Positions 21,235-30,241 of a stretch of 64,000 bases of DNA are shown here, piece after piece. The position numbers were made by a program, and so were the translations under genes. Source of the stretch: a virus (taxonomy: Duplodnaviria > Caudoviricetes); IMG/VR virus record IMGVR_UViG_3300025358_000002, positions 42,866 through 106,865 of that record; one strand, written 5' to 3'. How positions within the stretch are numbered: position 1 is the stretch's first letter; the number at the start of each line of letters is the position of its first letter. The notes under the pieces were generated by a model. That model saw only the letters and a list, made by a program, of their open reading frames with translations, searched no databases and had not been told where the DNA came from.

Positions 21235-21890
21235 TGAGAAATAACGTACTGTTGATCGTTCCTACGCGCAGTAGACCAGAGAAATCTTTTGAGTTCTACG
21301 AAGCGTTCAAGGAGAACTCAAGTATCACTGATCTCTTGTTTGCCCTGGACGATGACGACTTTGAGTACCCACAGATCGAGGGCGTACAGTACGAGATCAA
21401 TCCACGCATGGGTATGAACGGAACGCTTAACTTCGTAGCCAACAAGTACGCTGAGGAATACGATTACCTTGCTTTTATGGGTGACGATCACCGCATTCGT
21501 ACCAAGAATTGGGACAAGGAACTTGTGTCAACGATCACTGGCTTTGAGAATGGCGTAGCTTATGGCAACGACCTGTTGCAGGGACAGAACCTACCAACAG
21601 CTGTCTTGATGGATGCTCACATTGTACGCAAGCTGGGATACATGGCACCACCTAAGCAGCGTCACCTATACCTGGATGACTTCTGGAAGACGCTTGGCGA
21701 AGGTCTGGGTACACTACGCTATAGCCCAGGTGTAATCATTGAGCACCTGCACTTCACCAACGGCAAGGCAGACGAGGACGCATTGTATCAGGAAGTAAAC
21801 GCACCAGCTTTGTTCGATCAAGATCGCAAAGCATATGGCGAGTACATGCTTCACGACTTCGTTAATGATCTGGCTAAGCTGAGAGGTTAG
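21231..21890 (+). CDS. glycosyltransferase, GT-A fold
   Basis: VPTRSRP, LDDDD, MGDD, YLDD, IEHLH. Confidence 0.8.
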   Translation: MMRNNVLLIVPTRSRPEKSFEFYEAFKENSSITDLLFALDDDDFEYPQIEGVQYEINPRMGMNGTLNFVANKYAEEYDYLAFMGDDHRIRTKNWDKELVSTITGFENGVAYGNDLLQGQNLPTAVLMDAHIVRKLGYMAPPKQRHLYLDDFWKTLGEGLGTLRYSPGVIIEHLHFTNGKADEDALYQEVNAPALFDQDRKAYGEYMLHDFVNDLAKLRG

Positions 21891-21891
21891 C

Positions 21892-22473
21892 ATGGAGTGG
21901 AAACTTTTTGGCGGTGAAACTTCAGAGTATGCCAGCAAAGATTGGTATGAAAGTCGTGAAGTAGCCAACCATCTTGACCAGCAAGAACACCGTGAGCGTT
22001 TGCTTAAAGCGTTTTATTTCGTTCGTGAAGCAATTGAGATGGGTGCTAAGTCTGTTGTAGACCTCGGATGTGGTGATGGCGGTCTGCTGTCATTGCTTAA
22101 AGATGAGCCCATTGAAGCATGGGGCTATGATCTTATGCCAGTCAACGTTGAGTACGCCAAGAATGTTAGAGGTGTAGATGCACGTTACACCGACTTTAAC
22201 AACGATAGCAGTATTGAATACGCAGACGTTGCTGTCATGACTGAAACGCTTGAGCACATGGAAGACCCACACTTAGTCGTTAGAGAATTGCCATCCAAGT
22301 TCTTGGTAGCAAGCAGTCCATATAATGAAAACGACGTATCACACTATGAGTTCCACCTCTGGGCTTGGGATAACGATGGATACCGAAAGCTTTTAGAGCA
22401 GGGCGGCTACACAGTTATCAGGCAAGAGAATGTAAGTGGTTGGTCACAGGTTTTGCTGGGAGTTAGACAATGA
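21892..22473 (+). CDS. class I SAM-dependent methyltransferase
   Basis: VVDLGCGDG motif I; ETLEHMEDP. Confidence 0.9.
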   Translation: MEWKLFGGETSEYASKDWYESREVANHLDQQEHRERLLKAFYFVREAIEMGAKSVVDLGCGDGGLLSLLKDEPIEAWGYDLMPVNVEYAKNVRGVDARYTDFNNDSSIEYADVAVMTETLEHMEDPHLVVRELPSKFLVASSPYNENDVSHYEFHLWAWDNDGYRKLLEQGGYTVIRQENVSGWSQVLLGVRQ

Positions 22474-23345
22474 AAATCCTTATTACTGGCTACAAAGGAT
22501 TTGTTGGCAGATACTTTGTTAGAAAGTACGGAAGCGACCACGACATCACTGGCATCGACATTGTAGACGGTCGTGAGCATGATGTCCGCGAATTCTTTAA
22601 GCGCAACAGAGAACACTATGATCTTGTAATCCATCTAGCAGCTGTTGTAGGTGGCCGCATGACTATCGAAGGCAACCCACTCTCTGTTGCTGTAGACCTT
22701 TCCATTGATGCAGAGATGTTCCAATGGGCATTGCGCACTAAGCCAGGACGCATCGTTTACTTCTCTAGCTCCGCTGCTTATCCCATTGATCTGCAGACAA
22801 GAGATTCCGGCATCAAGCTTCGTGAAGATGCTATCGACATCAACAACCTGAAGATGCCCGACCTTACGTACGGTTGGAGCAAGCTGACCGGTGAGTACCA
22901 GGCACAGTTCGTTCAGGCGGAAGGTGTCAAGGTAAACGTCTTCCGTCCGTTCAGTGGTTACGGGGCTGATCAGGATCTGGACTATCCTTTCCCATCGTTT
23001 ATTAAGCGTGGCAAAGACCGTAGCAACCCATTTGAGATCTGGGGTGATGGATGCCAGGTCAGAGACTTTATCCACATAACTGACATTGTCAACGCAGTTG
23101 ATGAAGCCGTGCGTCAGGATGTAGAAGGTCCAGTGAACCTGGGCTGGGGTAGACCAACTTCTTTTAACGAGCTTGCCGAGATAGTATGCCACCAAGTGGG
23201 CTACGAACCAGAGATCAAGCACATTGAAACAGCACCTACCGGAGTAATGTATCGCGTGTGTGACCCCACAAAGATGCTGTCTTTCTATCAGCCAAAGATC
23301 TCCCTGGAAGACGGTGTTGATCTAGCACTGGCATTCAATGTCTGA
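22470..23345 (+). CDS. NAD-dependent nucleotide-sugar epimerase/dehydratase (extended SDR)
   Basis: ITGYKGFVG, HLAA, SSS, YGWSK (YxxxK), WGDG.QVRDFIH; most like GDP-sugar epimerases by eye. Confidence 0.9.
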   Translation: MKILITGYKGFVGRYFVRKYGSDHDITGIDIVDGREHDVREFFKRNREHYDLVIHLAAVVGGRMTIEGNPLSVAVDLSIDAEMFQWALRTKPGRIVYFSSSAAYPIDLQTRDSGIKLREDAIDINNLKMPDLTYGWSKLTGEYQAQFVQAEGVKVNVFRPFSGYGADQDLDYPFPSFIKRGKDRSNPFEIWGDGCQVRDFIHITDIVNAVDEAVRQDVEGPVNLGWGRPTSFNELAEIVCHQVGYEPEIKHIETAPTGVMYRVCDPTKMLSFYQPKISLEDGVDLALAFNV

Positions 23346-23925
23346 GATCACCGCACTGATCAGAACCATCGGCAGGCCAACACTCGGCAATGCCATTGAG
23401 TGCGCAAAGCGTGAGTTTGACAGAGTAGTTGTTGTCGCTGACAACGTTGATATCTCACAAGATGTTGACAACGTTACCTACTTGCGTACCGGACAGAAGT
23501 TCGGATTCTATGGAGGAGCGGCTATCAACATGGGTGCTTACGCCACAACCACCGACTTCTTCTGCCTGCTGGATGACGACGATGAATACGTAGATGGTGC
23601 AGGGTACAAGATGAAGTCCTGCATCATAGAAGAACCTGATGTTGACATCTGGATTCCCGGCCTTCTTTACAACGACGGTGCGACTGCATGTATGTCAGAT
23701 GCAGCAGGTGTAGCGATTGGCAACATTGCTGTCCCAACGTATCGCACACAGCTACTGTGGGAGCAGCCATTCCACGCCAAGCTTGGAATCCATGACATCA
23801 ACTGCATAGATTTTTATCACGTCTTGTCTTTACATGCCGCTGGCCATAGTGTACAATGGTACGGAGAAGCACTGTACAGGGTGAGACCAGAACTATCTGG
23901 TAGATTTGGAAAAGGAAGCGTATGA
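23338..23925 (+). CDS. glycosyltransferase, GT-A fold
   Basis: IRTIGRPTL, VVAD, AINMG, LLDDDD. Confidence 0.75.
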   Translation: MSEITALIRTIGRPTLGNAIECAKREFDRVVVVADNVDISQDVDNVTYLRTGQKFGFYGGAAINMGAYATTTDFFCLLDDDDEYVDGAGYKMKSCIIEEPDVDIWIPGLLYNDGATACMSDAAGVAIGNIAVPTYRTQLLWEQPFHAKLGIHDINCIDFYHVLSLHAAGHSVQWYGEALYRVRPELSGRFGKGSV

Positions 23926-24104
23926 CGTTTGATGAATGGTTGAAGTTCGGAGTGGACAATGGTTACTGCAGCGAACAGTTCTGTGACACTCATGATGGAC
24001 CACCTATGCACGAGAGCGAAGAGCTAGCGTGGGAAGAAGGTGGCGATCCTTGTATGCACATGGTGCGTCTTGGCACACCATCTGACTGGGACATCAGCGA
24101 ATAA
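23922..24104 (+). CDS. hypothetical protein (Cys/His)
   Basis: 60 aa, ATGA-coupled; C.THDG.P...DPC.H pattern. Confidence 0.6.
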   Translation: MTFDEWLKFGVDNGYCSEQFCDTHDGPPMHESEELAWEEGGDPCMHMVRLGTPSDWDISE

Positions 24105-24119
24105 TCCGTAGATGCAGCA

Positions 24120-24146
24120 CCTCCTGGGTATGAGGAAAACTACCCA
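24120..24146 (+). other. compact H-type RNA pseudoknot candidate
   Basis: S1 CCUC/GAGG, S2 UGGGUA/UACCCA, loops 1/1/5 nt. Confidence 0.5.
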
Positions 24147-24149
24147 CCA

Positions 24150-24221
24150 GCCCTTGTAGCTCAGGGGAAGAGCGCTTCACTTGTAATGAAGGGGTCGGGG
24201 GTTCGAATCCCTCCGGGGGCA
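24150..24221 (+). tRNA. tRNA-Thr(UGU)
   Basis: Full cloverleaf; anticodon arm CTTCA-CTTGTAA-TGAAG; TTCGAAT T-loop; no encoded CCA. Confidence 0.92.
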
Positions 24222-24223
24222 CT

Positions 24224-24451
24224 ATGACATTAAACCAAGCAGCAAAGATCATGTTGGAGCTGGCGAAGATACCTGCACAGCCCAAGTTGATTGCAGCGTT
24301 TAGTAATTACTCAGCCAATAGCATGTGGGTCAAGGGTGTCTTAAAGGCCGCTGCCCCAGCTGCGAACAGTATGAGTAATCCCGCATACGAAGAGGCGATT
24401 AACGTCTTGCGTTTGAACGGGATTGATGTTAACATCTTTGATACCAACTAA
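24224..24451 (+). CDS. hypothetical protein
   Basis: 75 aa ORF between tRNAs. Confidence 0.5.
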   Translation: MTLNQAAKIMLELAKIPAQPKLIAAFSNYSANSMWVKGVLKAAAPAANSMSNPAYEEAINVLRLNGIDVNIFDTN

Positions 24452-24465
24452 GTAAGGAGTAAAAA

Positions 24466-24642
24466 ATGCACCACGAAACCTGGTGGACAATTCTCACTGA
24501 TCCCAACCACCTCATTGCAGAAGCAATAGTAGGGTTTGTGGAAGAACTTCTCGTTCTTGGAATCGGCTATGCTTTTGGTCGCAAGAAGATTTGGCAAAAG
24601 ATTCACAAGCAGTTCGATGAAGAGCACAACATCGAGCACTAG
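24466..24642 (+). CDS. small membrane protein (58 aa, not in ORF track)
   Basis: AAGGAG RBS; MHHETWWTILTDPNHLIAE..., one hydrophobic segment. Confidence 0.65.
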   Translation: MHHETWWTILTDPNHLIAEAIVGFVEELLVLGIGYAFGRKKIWQKIHKQFDEEHNIEH

Positions 24643-24647
24643 GATTG

Positions 24648-24720
24648 GCCCCAGTAGCTCAGTGGACAGAGCAGGTGGTTTCTACCCATCTGGCCGGGGG
24701 TTCGAATCCCTCCTGGGGTA
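24648..24720 (+). tRNA. tRNA-Arg(UCU)
   Basis: Cloverleaf; anticodon arm GGTGG-TTTCTAC-CCATC; no encoded CCA. Confidence 0.9.
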
Positions 24721-24759
24721 CGCAGTAACAAATAAAAAAACAAATAGAAAGGCATTAAA

Positions 24760-25014
24760 ATGGTAGTATATTTTGAGGTAGTAATCTGGGCAATCCTGGC
24801 AGCATCGTTGCTGGCATCAGTGTTCTCTTTTTTTAGCGCATTGTTCCAGCCAGCTCGTGCGTTCAGAAAGAATGGTCAGAAGAAGTACGTGTGGTTGTTG
24901 TTGATCTTCGTCTTTGGCGTGTTCGCTGCTGCTCCATACCTGCACTTGATCCGTCCTAAGCTTATCTTGACGCGTGAGGTGCTTGACGTACGCAACGTAC
25001 GCTACGGGAACTAA
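24760..25014 (+). CDS. membrane protein, DUF2516-like
   Basis: Two TM segments; AFRKNGQKKYVWL...YLHLIRP resembles the actinobacterial DUF2516 pattern. Confidence 0.6.
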   Translation: MVVYFEVVIWAILAASLLASVFSFFSALFQPARAFRKNGQKKYVWLLLIFVFGVFAAAPYLHLIRPKLILTREVLDVRNVRYGN

Positions 25015-25020
25015 GGTTCA

Positions 25021-25093
25021 GGATGGTTAGCTCAGTTGGTAGAGCTCCTGATTTACACTCAGGCGGTCGGGGGTTCGAGTCCCTCACCATCCA
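25021..25093 (+). tRNA. tRNA-Val(UAC)
   Basis: Cloverleaf; anticodon arm CCTGA-TTTACAC-TCAGG; no encoded CCA. Confidence 0.92.
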
Positions 25094-25116
25094 CTGCATT
25101 ATAGTAAGGAGAAACA

Positions 25117-25464
25117 ATGACAACGTTGATGAAGACAACAGCAAAGAATACCATTCAACTCGCAACGATATTAACGTTGTGGAAAATGGGAAGAGAAAAC
25201 GTTAAAAGAAAGAAGCTCATGGAAAAAACGCCAAGAGAAGACATAATTATTAAACCTTACGAGTTCGGTGTATACGAACCAGCCCTGATTGAAATCATGG
25301 GCACGTTGTCATCGCTTATGGAAACCATCTTGCGTAACGGCATTGATGTAGACCCAACGGTAATGAAGTCGGCACAAGAGATCATCAACGATTTTCAAAC
25401 CGTGCTGGACATGAAAAAGAAATACCTAGCAAACCTAGAAAAGGAAAAGGAAAATGGAAATTAA
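25117..25464 (+). CDS. hypothetical protein
   Basis: AAGGAG RBS, 115 aa. Confidence 0.65.
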   Translation: MTTLMKTTAKNTIQLATILTLWKMGRENVKRKKLMEKTPREDIIIKPYEFGVYEPALIEIMGTLSSLMETILRNGIDVDPTVMKSAQEIINDFQTVLDMKKKYLANLEKEKENGN

Positions 25465-25792
25465 ATTGAGTGTCAGTATCGGAGCAACACTCCAGGTAAA
25501 GAATGCTAAGGGCGAATGGGACTGGATCAAGCCAGAGGTCGGCTGCGAAGTTAAGCTAGTAGATGGTGAGATCAAAGCAGAAACACTCCCCGTACAGTTT
25601 GCAGCTATGTGGGATGACGTAGTAGGGCCACAGTTTGCCAACGTAGTCGTTGAACTGATTGAAGGTTCAGTGCCAAAGCCTGAAGCTGATGAAGTTGCTG
25701 AGGATTCCACTGAATCTGGTGAGGAGTTCATCGAGAAGCTCACCGCTATTATGGACGAGAAGCCGAACACTGATGAGGATGATTACTACTAA
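25454..25792 (+). CDS. hypothetical protein, acidic C-terminus
   Basis: 112 aa, coupled. Confidence 0.65.
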   Translation: MEIKLSVSIGATLQVKNAKGEWDWIKPEVGCEVKLVDGEIKAETLPVQFAAMWDDVVGPQFANVVVELIEGSVPKPEADEVAEDSTESGEEFIEKLTAIMDEKPNTDEDDYY

Positions 25793-25950
25793 TGCAAGTC
25801 TGGGTTGTAACTACAAAAGAAAAGGGCAAGGTTGTAGGTGTTTACTCCGATCCTGCTTATGCTAAGAAGAACATTGTTGACCCTGACAACGTAGTGGTTA
25901 CCAAGTTTCAGGTGAACGACACTGTTAAGAAATCAAAGAAGAGTGCTTGA
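25792..25950 (+). CDS. small hypothetical protein (52 aa)
   Basis: TAATG coupling; MQVWVVTTKEKGKVVGVYS... Confidence 0.55.
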   Translation: MQVWVVTTKEKGKVVGVYSDPAYAKKNIVDPDNVVVTKFQVNDTVKKSKKSA

Positions 25951-26084
25951 TGAGTGCGTTCGATGAATTCGATGCGTTCGTAGAGAAGCACAACATCAAG
26001 GATGACGAGCTCGGTGCAGCATTCGCTGCCTGGATGTCAGGTGCCACTGGTTGGGACGGAGACTTTCAGAAGGTAGAAGAATGA
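25950..26084 (+). CDS. small hypothetical protein (44 aa)
   Basis: TGATG/ATGA coupling both ends; MSAFDEFDAF... Confidence 0.55.
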   Translation: MSAFDEFDAFVEKHNIKDDELGAAFAAWMSGATGWDGDFQKVEE

Positions 26085-26629
26085 CAGTCGTCGCTGCAGC
26101 TGTTACAAAGAAGCATGGTGTTGTTCTCGTTAGCGACTCATCTCTTGAATCTCAAACCAAAGATAACGATGGTTACAGCAAGGTTTGGGTTGACAACAGC
26201 ATGGGCATGATCTTCGGTGGTGCTGGTGGTCTGAGAGAAATCCAGATCATCAAGCACCACATGGGGCTACCGTACTATCCACCGTACATGGACGTAGAAA
26301 CTTTCGTTGTTAAGGAAGTGGTGCCACGTATGCGTGAAGTGCTCAACGAACATGGTGCCAAGATGGACAACTATGAAACATCGTTCATCCTTGCTTGGAA
26401 GAACACCCTGGTGACAATCGATGAAAGCTTTGCTGTCTTTGTGCCTTCTAGCAACCGCTATGCAATCGGCTCAGGACAAAGTGAGGCGTTCGGTAGCCTA
26501 GGCAACCAAGGACCATGGACTCGTGATGATGTGATCGGAGCAGCCAGTCGTGCTACAATCACAGCACTTGGAGTGGGCGGACCATTGTGGGCAGTAGACA
26601 CAGTGTCAATGCAACTAGAACAAGTATGA
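26081..26629 (+). CDS. proteasome beta-subunit/HslV-like Ntn protease
   Basis: M-T(1)VVAA...VSDS...SKV...GGAG...YAIGSG; ATG at 26081 exposes N-terminal Thr. Confidence 0.8.
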   Translation: MTVVAAAVTKKHGVVLVSDSSLESQTKDNDGYSKVWVDNSMGMIFGGAGGLREIQIIKHHMGLPYYPPYMDVETFVVKEVVPRMREVLNEHGAKMDNYETSFILAWKNTLVTIDESFAVFVPSSNRYAIGSGQSEAFGSLGNQGPWTRDDVIGAASRATITALGVGGPLWAVDTVSMQLEQV

Positions 26630-26637
26630 ATTATTAT

Positions 26638-26666
26638 TTGACATTCCCATCCGGGACTGCTAGCTT
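26638..26666 (+). promoter_or_regulatory. SigA-type promoter
   Basis: TTGACA-17nt-TAGCTT with TG extension. Confidence 0.75.
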
Positions 26667-26695
26667 TTATATAACAACCAGTAAGGAGAAAAACA

Positions 26696-27385
26696 ATGAC
26701 CAATTACATTATGCCCAAGCGCAAGACACCCGCTACCACTCCACTCCAGGAAGTAACGGAACCTACATTTGGGGAAACTACTAAGGCTCCAACCAGAGCT
26801 GATAAGCGTCGTGCCAGCGAGCAGGATGTAAACTCAGCAGATCTTGACACCGTGTTCGGTAACCTCTTCGAGGTCATTGGACAGACCGACATCACTGAGC
26901 CATCACCAGATATCACTCCTCTGCAGATCGACAACATGGCGCAGGAACTCCTGGCTGTTCGTGACGCAAAGGATGTTATCGAAGGTCGTGAGTCTGCACT
27001 CAAGGCGTATGCCACAGAAGTAATCAACATGCAGATCGCTCAGACTGGTCAGGCTGCTTCAGAGACCAGCGGTTACCTGGTTAGCCCTGAGAATGGTGTC
27101 AAGCTTTCCAAGGAAGTCTCCGGTGGCAAGCTCACCGTTGATATCGACATGCTTGAGAGCGTGCTGGAAGAGGATCAGTTCCACTCCGTTACCAACCTCA
27201 TTCACAACTACCGCACCATCACTTACCCTGACGGTAAGACGGTAGAGGAGACGACTGTAACCCGTGAGCTCAACGAAGAATCTCTCGAGAAGCAGCTTAA
27301 GCTTGGCAACATTGGCATGGAGCAGATTGTAAAGGCTACCACTCCTGGCAAGGTTCGCTCAGCCTTCTATGTCAGAAAGCTCTAA
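26696..27385 (+). CDS. hypothetical protein
   Basis: 229 aa, AAGGAG RBS, behind promoter. Confidence 0.7.
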   Translation: MTNYIMPKRKTPATTPLQEVTEPTFGETTKAPTRADKRRASEQDVNSADLDTVFGNLFEVIGQTDITEPSPDITPLQIDNMAQELLAVRDAKDVIEGRESALKAYATEVINMQIAQTGQAASETSGYLVSPENGVKLSKEVSGGKLTVDIDMLESVLEEDQFHSVTNLIHNYRTITYPDGKTVEETTVTRELNEESLEKQLKLGNIGMEQIVKATTPGKVRSAFYVRKL

Positions 27386-27695
27386 GAAAAGAATAATCCC
27401 AGTACGTGATGATGTGCCCATGTATTCTCAGGGCATGGCTGCAGCGTTCTTTGATCTCACCGCAGGTGCCCTCCGGTTCAAGGAGCAGTACTTTAAAGAT
27501 TCGGTTGATGTTCAAAGAACTGCTGCAGGCACACGTATATATAGCTTAAATGATATACTAAAGATAGCCCATGCACTCAGAAGAGCTAACAAGATGACAG
27601 ACCGGCAGCTCAGGCTGATCGTCTTAAGGGTAGATGCGTTCAAGGAGCCTATCAAGCATCGTCGTTTAAAATACCGAAAAGGTGACAAGATATGA
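27369..27695 (+). CDS. MerR-type HTH DNA-binding protein
   Basis: YSQGMAAAFFDLTAGALRF...RTAAGTRIYSLNDI. Confidence 0.75.
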   Translation: MSESSKKRIIPVRDDVPMYSQGMAAAFFDLTAGALRFKEQYFKDSVDVQRTAAGTRIYSLNDILKIAHALRRANKMTDRQLRLIVLRVDAFKEPIKHRRLKYRKGDKI

Positions 27696-28645
27696 AAAAG
27701 AGCACACTACTCTTACTCGATGGCCATAACATATTTATCCGTAGCTTCAGTGGACTTATGCGTCATGGTCTAAGCGCACCCAACGGTGAAGGAACCTGGG
27801 GAGCTTACGGTGCATACAACGTACTGACTAGTATGGTGCGGAAGTATGATCCTAGCCACGTGCTCATCGCTTTTGACAAAGGTCGTAGCACCAAGCGTCT
27901 AGCGATTGACCCAGAGTACAAGGCCAACCGACACAAGCCAAGCGACAAACCACGCAATGCTACAGACGATGCATTCTCTACGGAGTTCAAGCCACAGCTA
28001 GCTACGTTTATGAACCTATGCTTAAAGAGTGGTGTGCCCTTCATGAGCCTGGATGGTGTTGAAGCTGACGATATCATTGCTACAGCTGCGCTTAAACACA
28101 GGACCGTATTCGATCGTGTTGTTATTGTGAGTGCAGACCACGACCTACACCAGCTGATCCGTGACAACATAATTGTTGTTAAACCCAGCATTAGCTACCG
28201 TGACATTGACGCTGAAGTGTTCGACACGCAATCTGTAAAGGCAGAGTGGGGTGTAGAGCCTGAGCGACTGCCAGAGATCTGGGCACTCATGGGTGACAAG
28301 GGTGACAACATCAAAGGCATCCAAGGTGTCGGTCCTAAGAAGGCTACCAAGATGATCGCTGAACATGGCGACCTCGAGACCGTGCTTAGCTTAGATGATG
28401 AGAAGATCCAGAATAACATCGATGTAGTTCGCAAGGCTAAGTCCTTGATTGAGCTGGGGGTAGATGATGAACTACCGTTCCCTCCACTAGGGGATCTGCA
28501 GTTCCACCCAGTAGAACACGGTGGCCCCAATGCACGTGAGCTGGAAGAAGTGTTCATTAACCTAGGGTTCACTCAGATTAGAAGTAAGTGGTTCCACCGT
28601 AACCTTTGGGCTGACAAGAGGGGATTCGGCAGGAGTCTTCTCTAG
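27692..28645 (+). CDS. 5'-3' exonuclease / flap endonuclease (Pol I N-terminal-like)
   Basis: LLDGHN, AFD, YKANR, EADD, SADHDL.Q, LMGDKGDNIKGIQGVGPKKA. Confidence 0.92.
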   Translation: MKKSTLLLLDGHNIFIRSFSGLMRHGLSAPNGEGTWGAYGAYNVLTSMVRKYDPSHVLIAFDKGRSTKRLAIDPEYKANRHKPSDKPRNATDDAFSTEFKPQLATFMNLCLKSGVPFMSLDGVEADDIIATAALKHRTVFDRVVIVSADHDLHQLIRDNIIVVKPSISYRDIDAEVFDTQSVKAEWGVEPERLPEIWALMGDKGDNIKGIQGVGPKKATKMIAEHGDLETVLSLDDEKIQNNIDVVRKAKSLIELGVDDELPFPPLGDLQFHPVEHGGPNARELEEVFINLGFTQIRSKWFHRNLWADKRGFGRSLL

Positions 28646-29700
28646 TGGCTCAGTGGATTATTAACCCATCCGTTGACATGCCAGAGGTAATGCAGCAATA
28701 CGGTAGGTTCCTGGAAGACGATTACCGCATGGCCATTGAGTCTATGCGAGTACCAGATTCGTTCGATGAATACTCTGAGAAAACTGGCAGACGCTTCATA
28801 ATCATTGGTGGCAAAGAACGACCAGGGCTTATTGCCAAGAGCGTCTTCCTCTGCCTTAAGCTATCTGGACCAGAAAGCGTAGCGGTGTATGTGAATACAC
28901 TCGACGAATTGTTCCTGGTACAGAACGTGTTCGACTACTACGGTGAGAACGTAGAGAAAAAGATTTTTGCTACTCACCACGACATGCTTAACCTTAGCCC
29001 AGAGTGGCGTAACTACATTGACGCTGCCACTGACATTGTGGTATACGGTGACGAACGTGACATGGAAGTGTGGCGTGAATATGAAACGGTAGAACGGCAT
29101 GTGTGGGAGCACAACTACACGTTCAGTTTTGGTATTATCAACGCTGAGAATCTACCCAGGACACTTATCAATGAGGTGTGCTTTGACTTCTTCTGTTACT
29201 ACGGAGAGGGAAGGCTAGCACCGAAGTTTTATTTTGTAATCGGTGAGTACTCGAAAGCATTGATTGAGAAGTTTGCAATGAACATGTCGTTCAACTATAG
29301 CAACCTCATCAACGATTACCGTTCCAAGCTGCCGTTCACACGTAAGAGCGACCTAACCGTAGGGGTACTGAGCAACCCGTATTCTGCAAAATTTATTCGT
29401 GTAGATCATTTGAAGTCCGACACGATCTTTGATACTCTGTATGGTGATGTACGTCTCATCTTCGTGAATGACCTTGACGAAATCGAAACGTTCATTGAGA
29501 AGTGGAAAGATCACATCGGCACAGTCGCCATCAATTGGGATGACGACGAAGACGTGTTAGACTTGCTCGAGGAGTATATGGTCCCGCGCATCTGCCACGT
29601 TGGTGACATGCAGTTCCCAGACTTCTTTGAACAGTACGATGCAGTAGATGACTTCAACATTTACGTCAGAGATGATAGTGACATTGATGGTCTTATATAA
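28645..29700 (+). CDS. acyl-CoA reductase (LuxC)-like protein, degenerate
   Basis: IVVYGD, SFGII, DFFCYYGEGRLAP (Arg at expected catalytic Cys), RICHVGDMQFP...YD. Confidence 0.5.
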   Translation: MAQWIINPSVDMPEVMQQYGRFLEDDYRMAIESMRVPDSFDEYSEKTGRRFIIIGGKERPGLIAKSVFLCLKLSGPESVAVYVNTLDELFLVQNVFDYYGENVEKKIFATHHDMLNLSPEWRNYIDAATDIVVYGDERDMEVWREYETVERHVWEHNYTFSFGIINAENLPRTLINEVCFDFFCYYGEGRLAPKFYFVIGEYSKALIEKFAMNMSFNYSNLINDYRSKLPFTRKSDLTVGVLSNPYSAKFIRVDHLKSDTIFDTLYGDVRLIFVNDLDEIETFIEKWKDHIGTVAINWDDDEDVLDLLEEYMVPRICHVGDMQFPDFFEQYDAVDDFNIYVRDDSDIDGLI

Positions 29701-29723
29701 ACATATAAGTAAGGAGAAAGAAA

Positions 29724-29957
29724 ATGAATGAATTAACCGAACTTCGCAAGAAGCTGATGGAACACTGGGATGTTATCAACAAGCTCGGTGGTGAATGGAA
29801 CGCTGGATACGAGCAGGCTTTGCGCTATTCGATGTCTCTGATCTACGATGCCATCCGCAACCTGGAGCTCAACGAACAGCCGTACAAGGGCAGTATCCCC
29901 AAGGGGTTCAAGCACGAGCACGATAAGTGGAACCCAAATAAGAAGGATAACAAGTAA
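29724..29957 (+). CDS. hypothetical protein
   Basis: AAGGAG RBS, 77 aa. Confidence 0.65.
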   Translation: MNELTELRKKLMEHWDVINKLGGEWNAGYEQALRYSMSLIYDAIRNLELNEQPYKGSIPKGFKHEHDKWNPNKKDNK

Positions 29958-30241
29958 TGTACAAATTCGAATTGCCATCCGTATCTTCAAAGAAGCACGA
30001 ATGGACTGAGTCAACGGTGATCAAAGTTGCTTTGTTCATTGTCATCTCTCTGTTCTCGCTGCTGCTATTGCCCATCGCCATTGTGGTGTACCCATTCATC
30101 TTTGCTTGGGAAGCAACCAATACGTTCCTCAAGGCCATGAGCAAGAAGGACCCTGTATCCAGCCACCTGCTTTCGTTCGACCCTAGCAAGTGGTCAGACA
30201 TGTCGCTGGACTTCAGCAACTGGTTCAAGGAGGAAAACTAA
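29957..30241 (+). CDS. membrane protein
   Basis: Long hydrophobic segment, coupled. Confidence 0.6.
   Translation: MYKFELPSVSSKKHEWTESTVIKVALFIVISLFSLLLLPIAIVVYPFIFAWEATNTFLKAMSKKDPVSSHLLSFDPSKWSDMSLDFSNWFKEEN

Noticed and set aside
24120-24146. Theta/HDV-like ribozyme or preQ1 riboswitch
   Set aside because: Lies 5' rather than 3' of the tRNA, lacks the nested double pseudoknot, and does not match preQ1 consensus by eye
24648-24720. Possible amber suppressor tRNA (CTA in loop) and stop-codon recoding
   Set aside because: The canonical 7-nt loop TTTCTAC centres on TCT (Arg); genes are intact under the standard code and TAG stops coincide with gene boundaries
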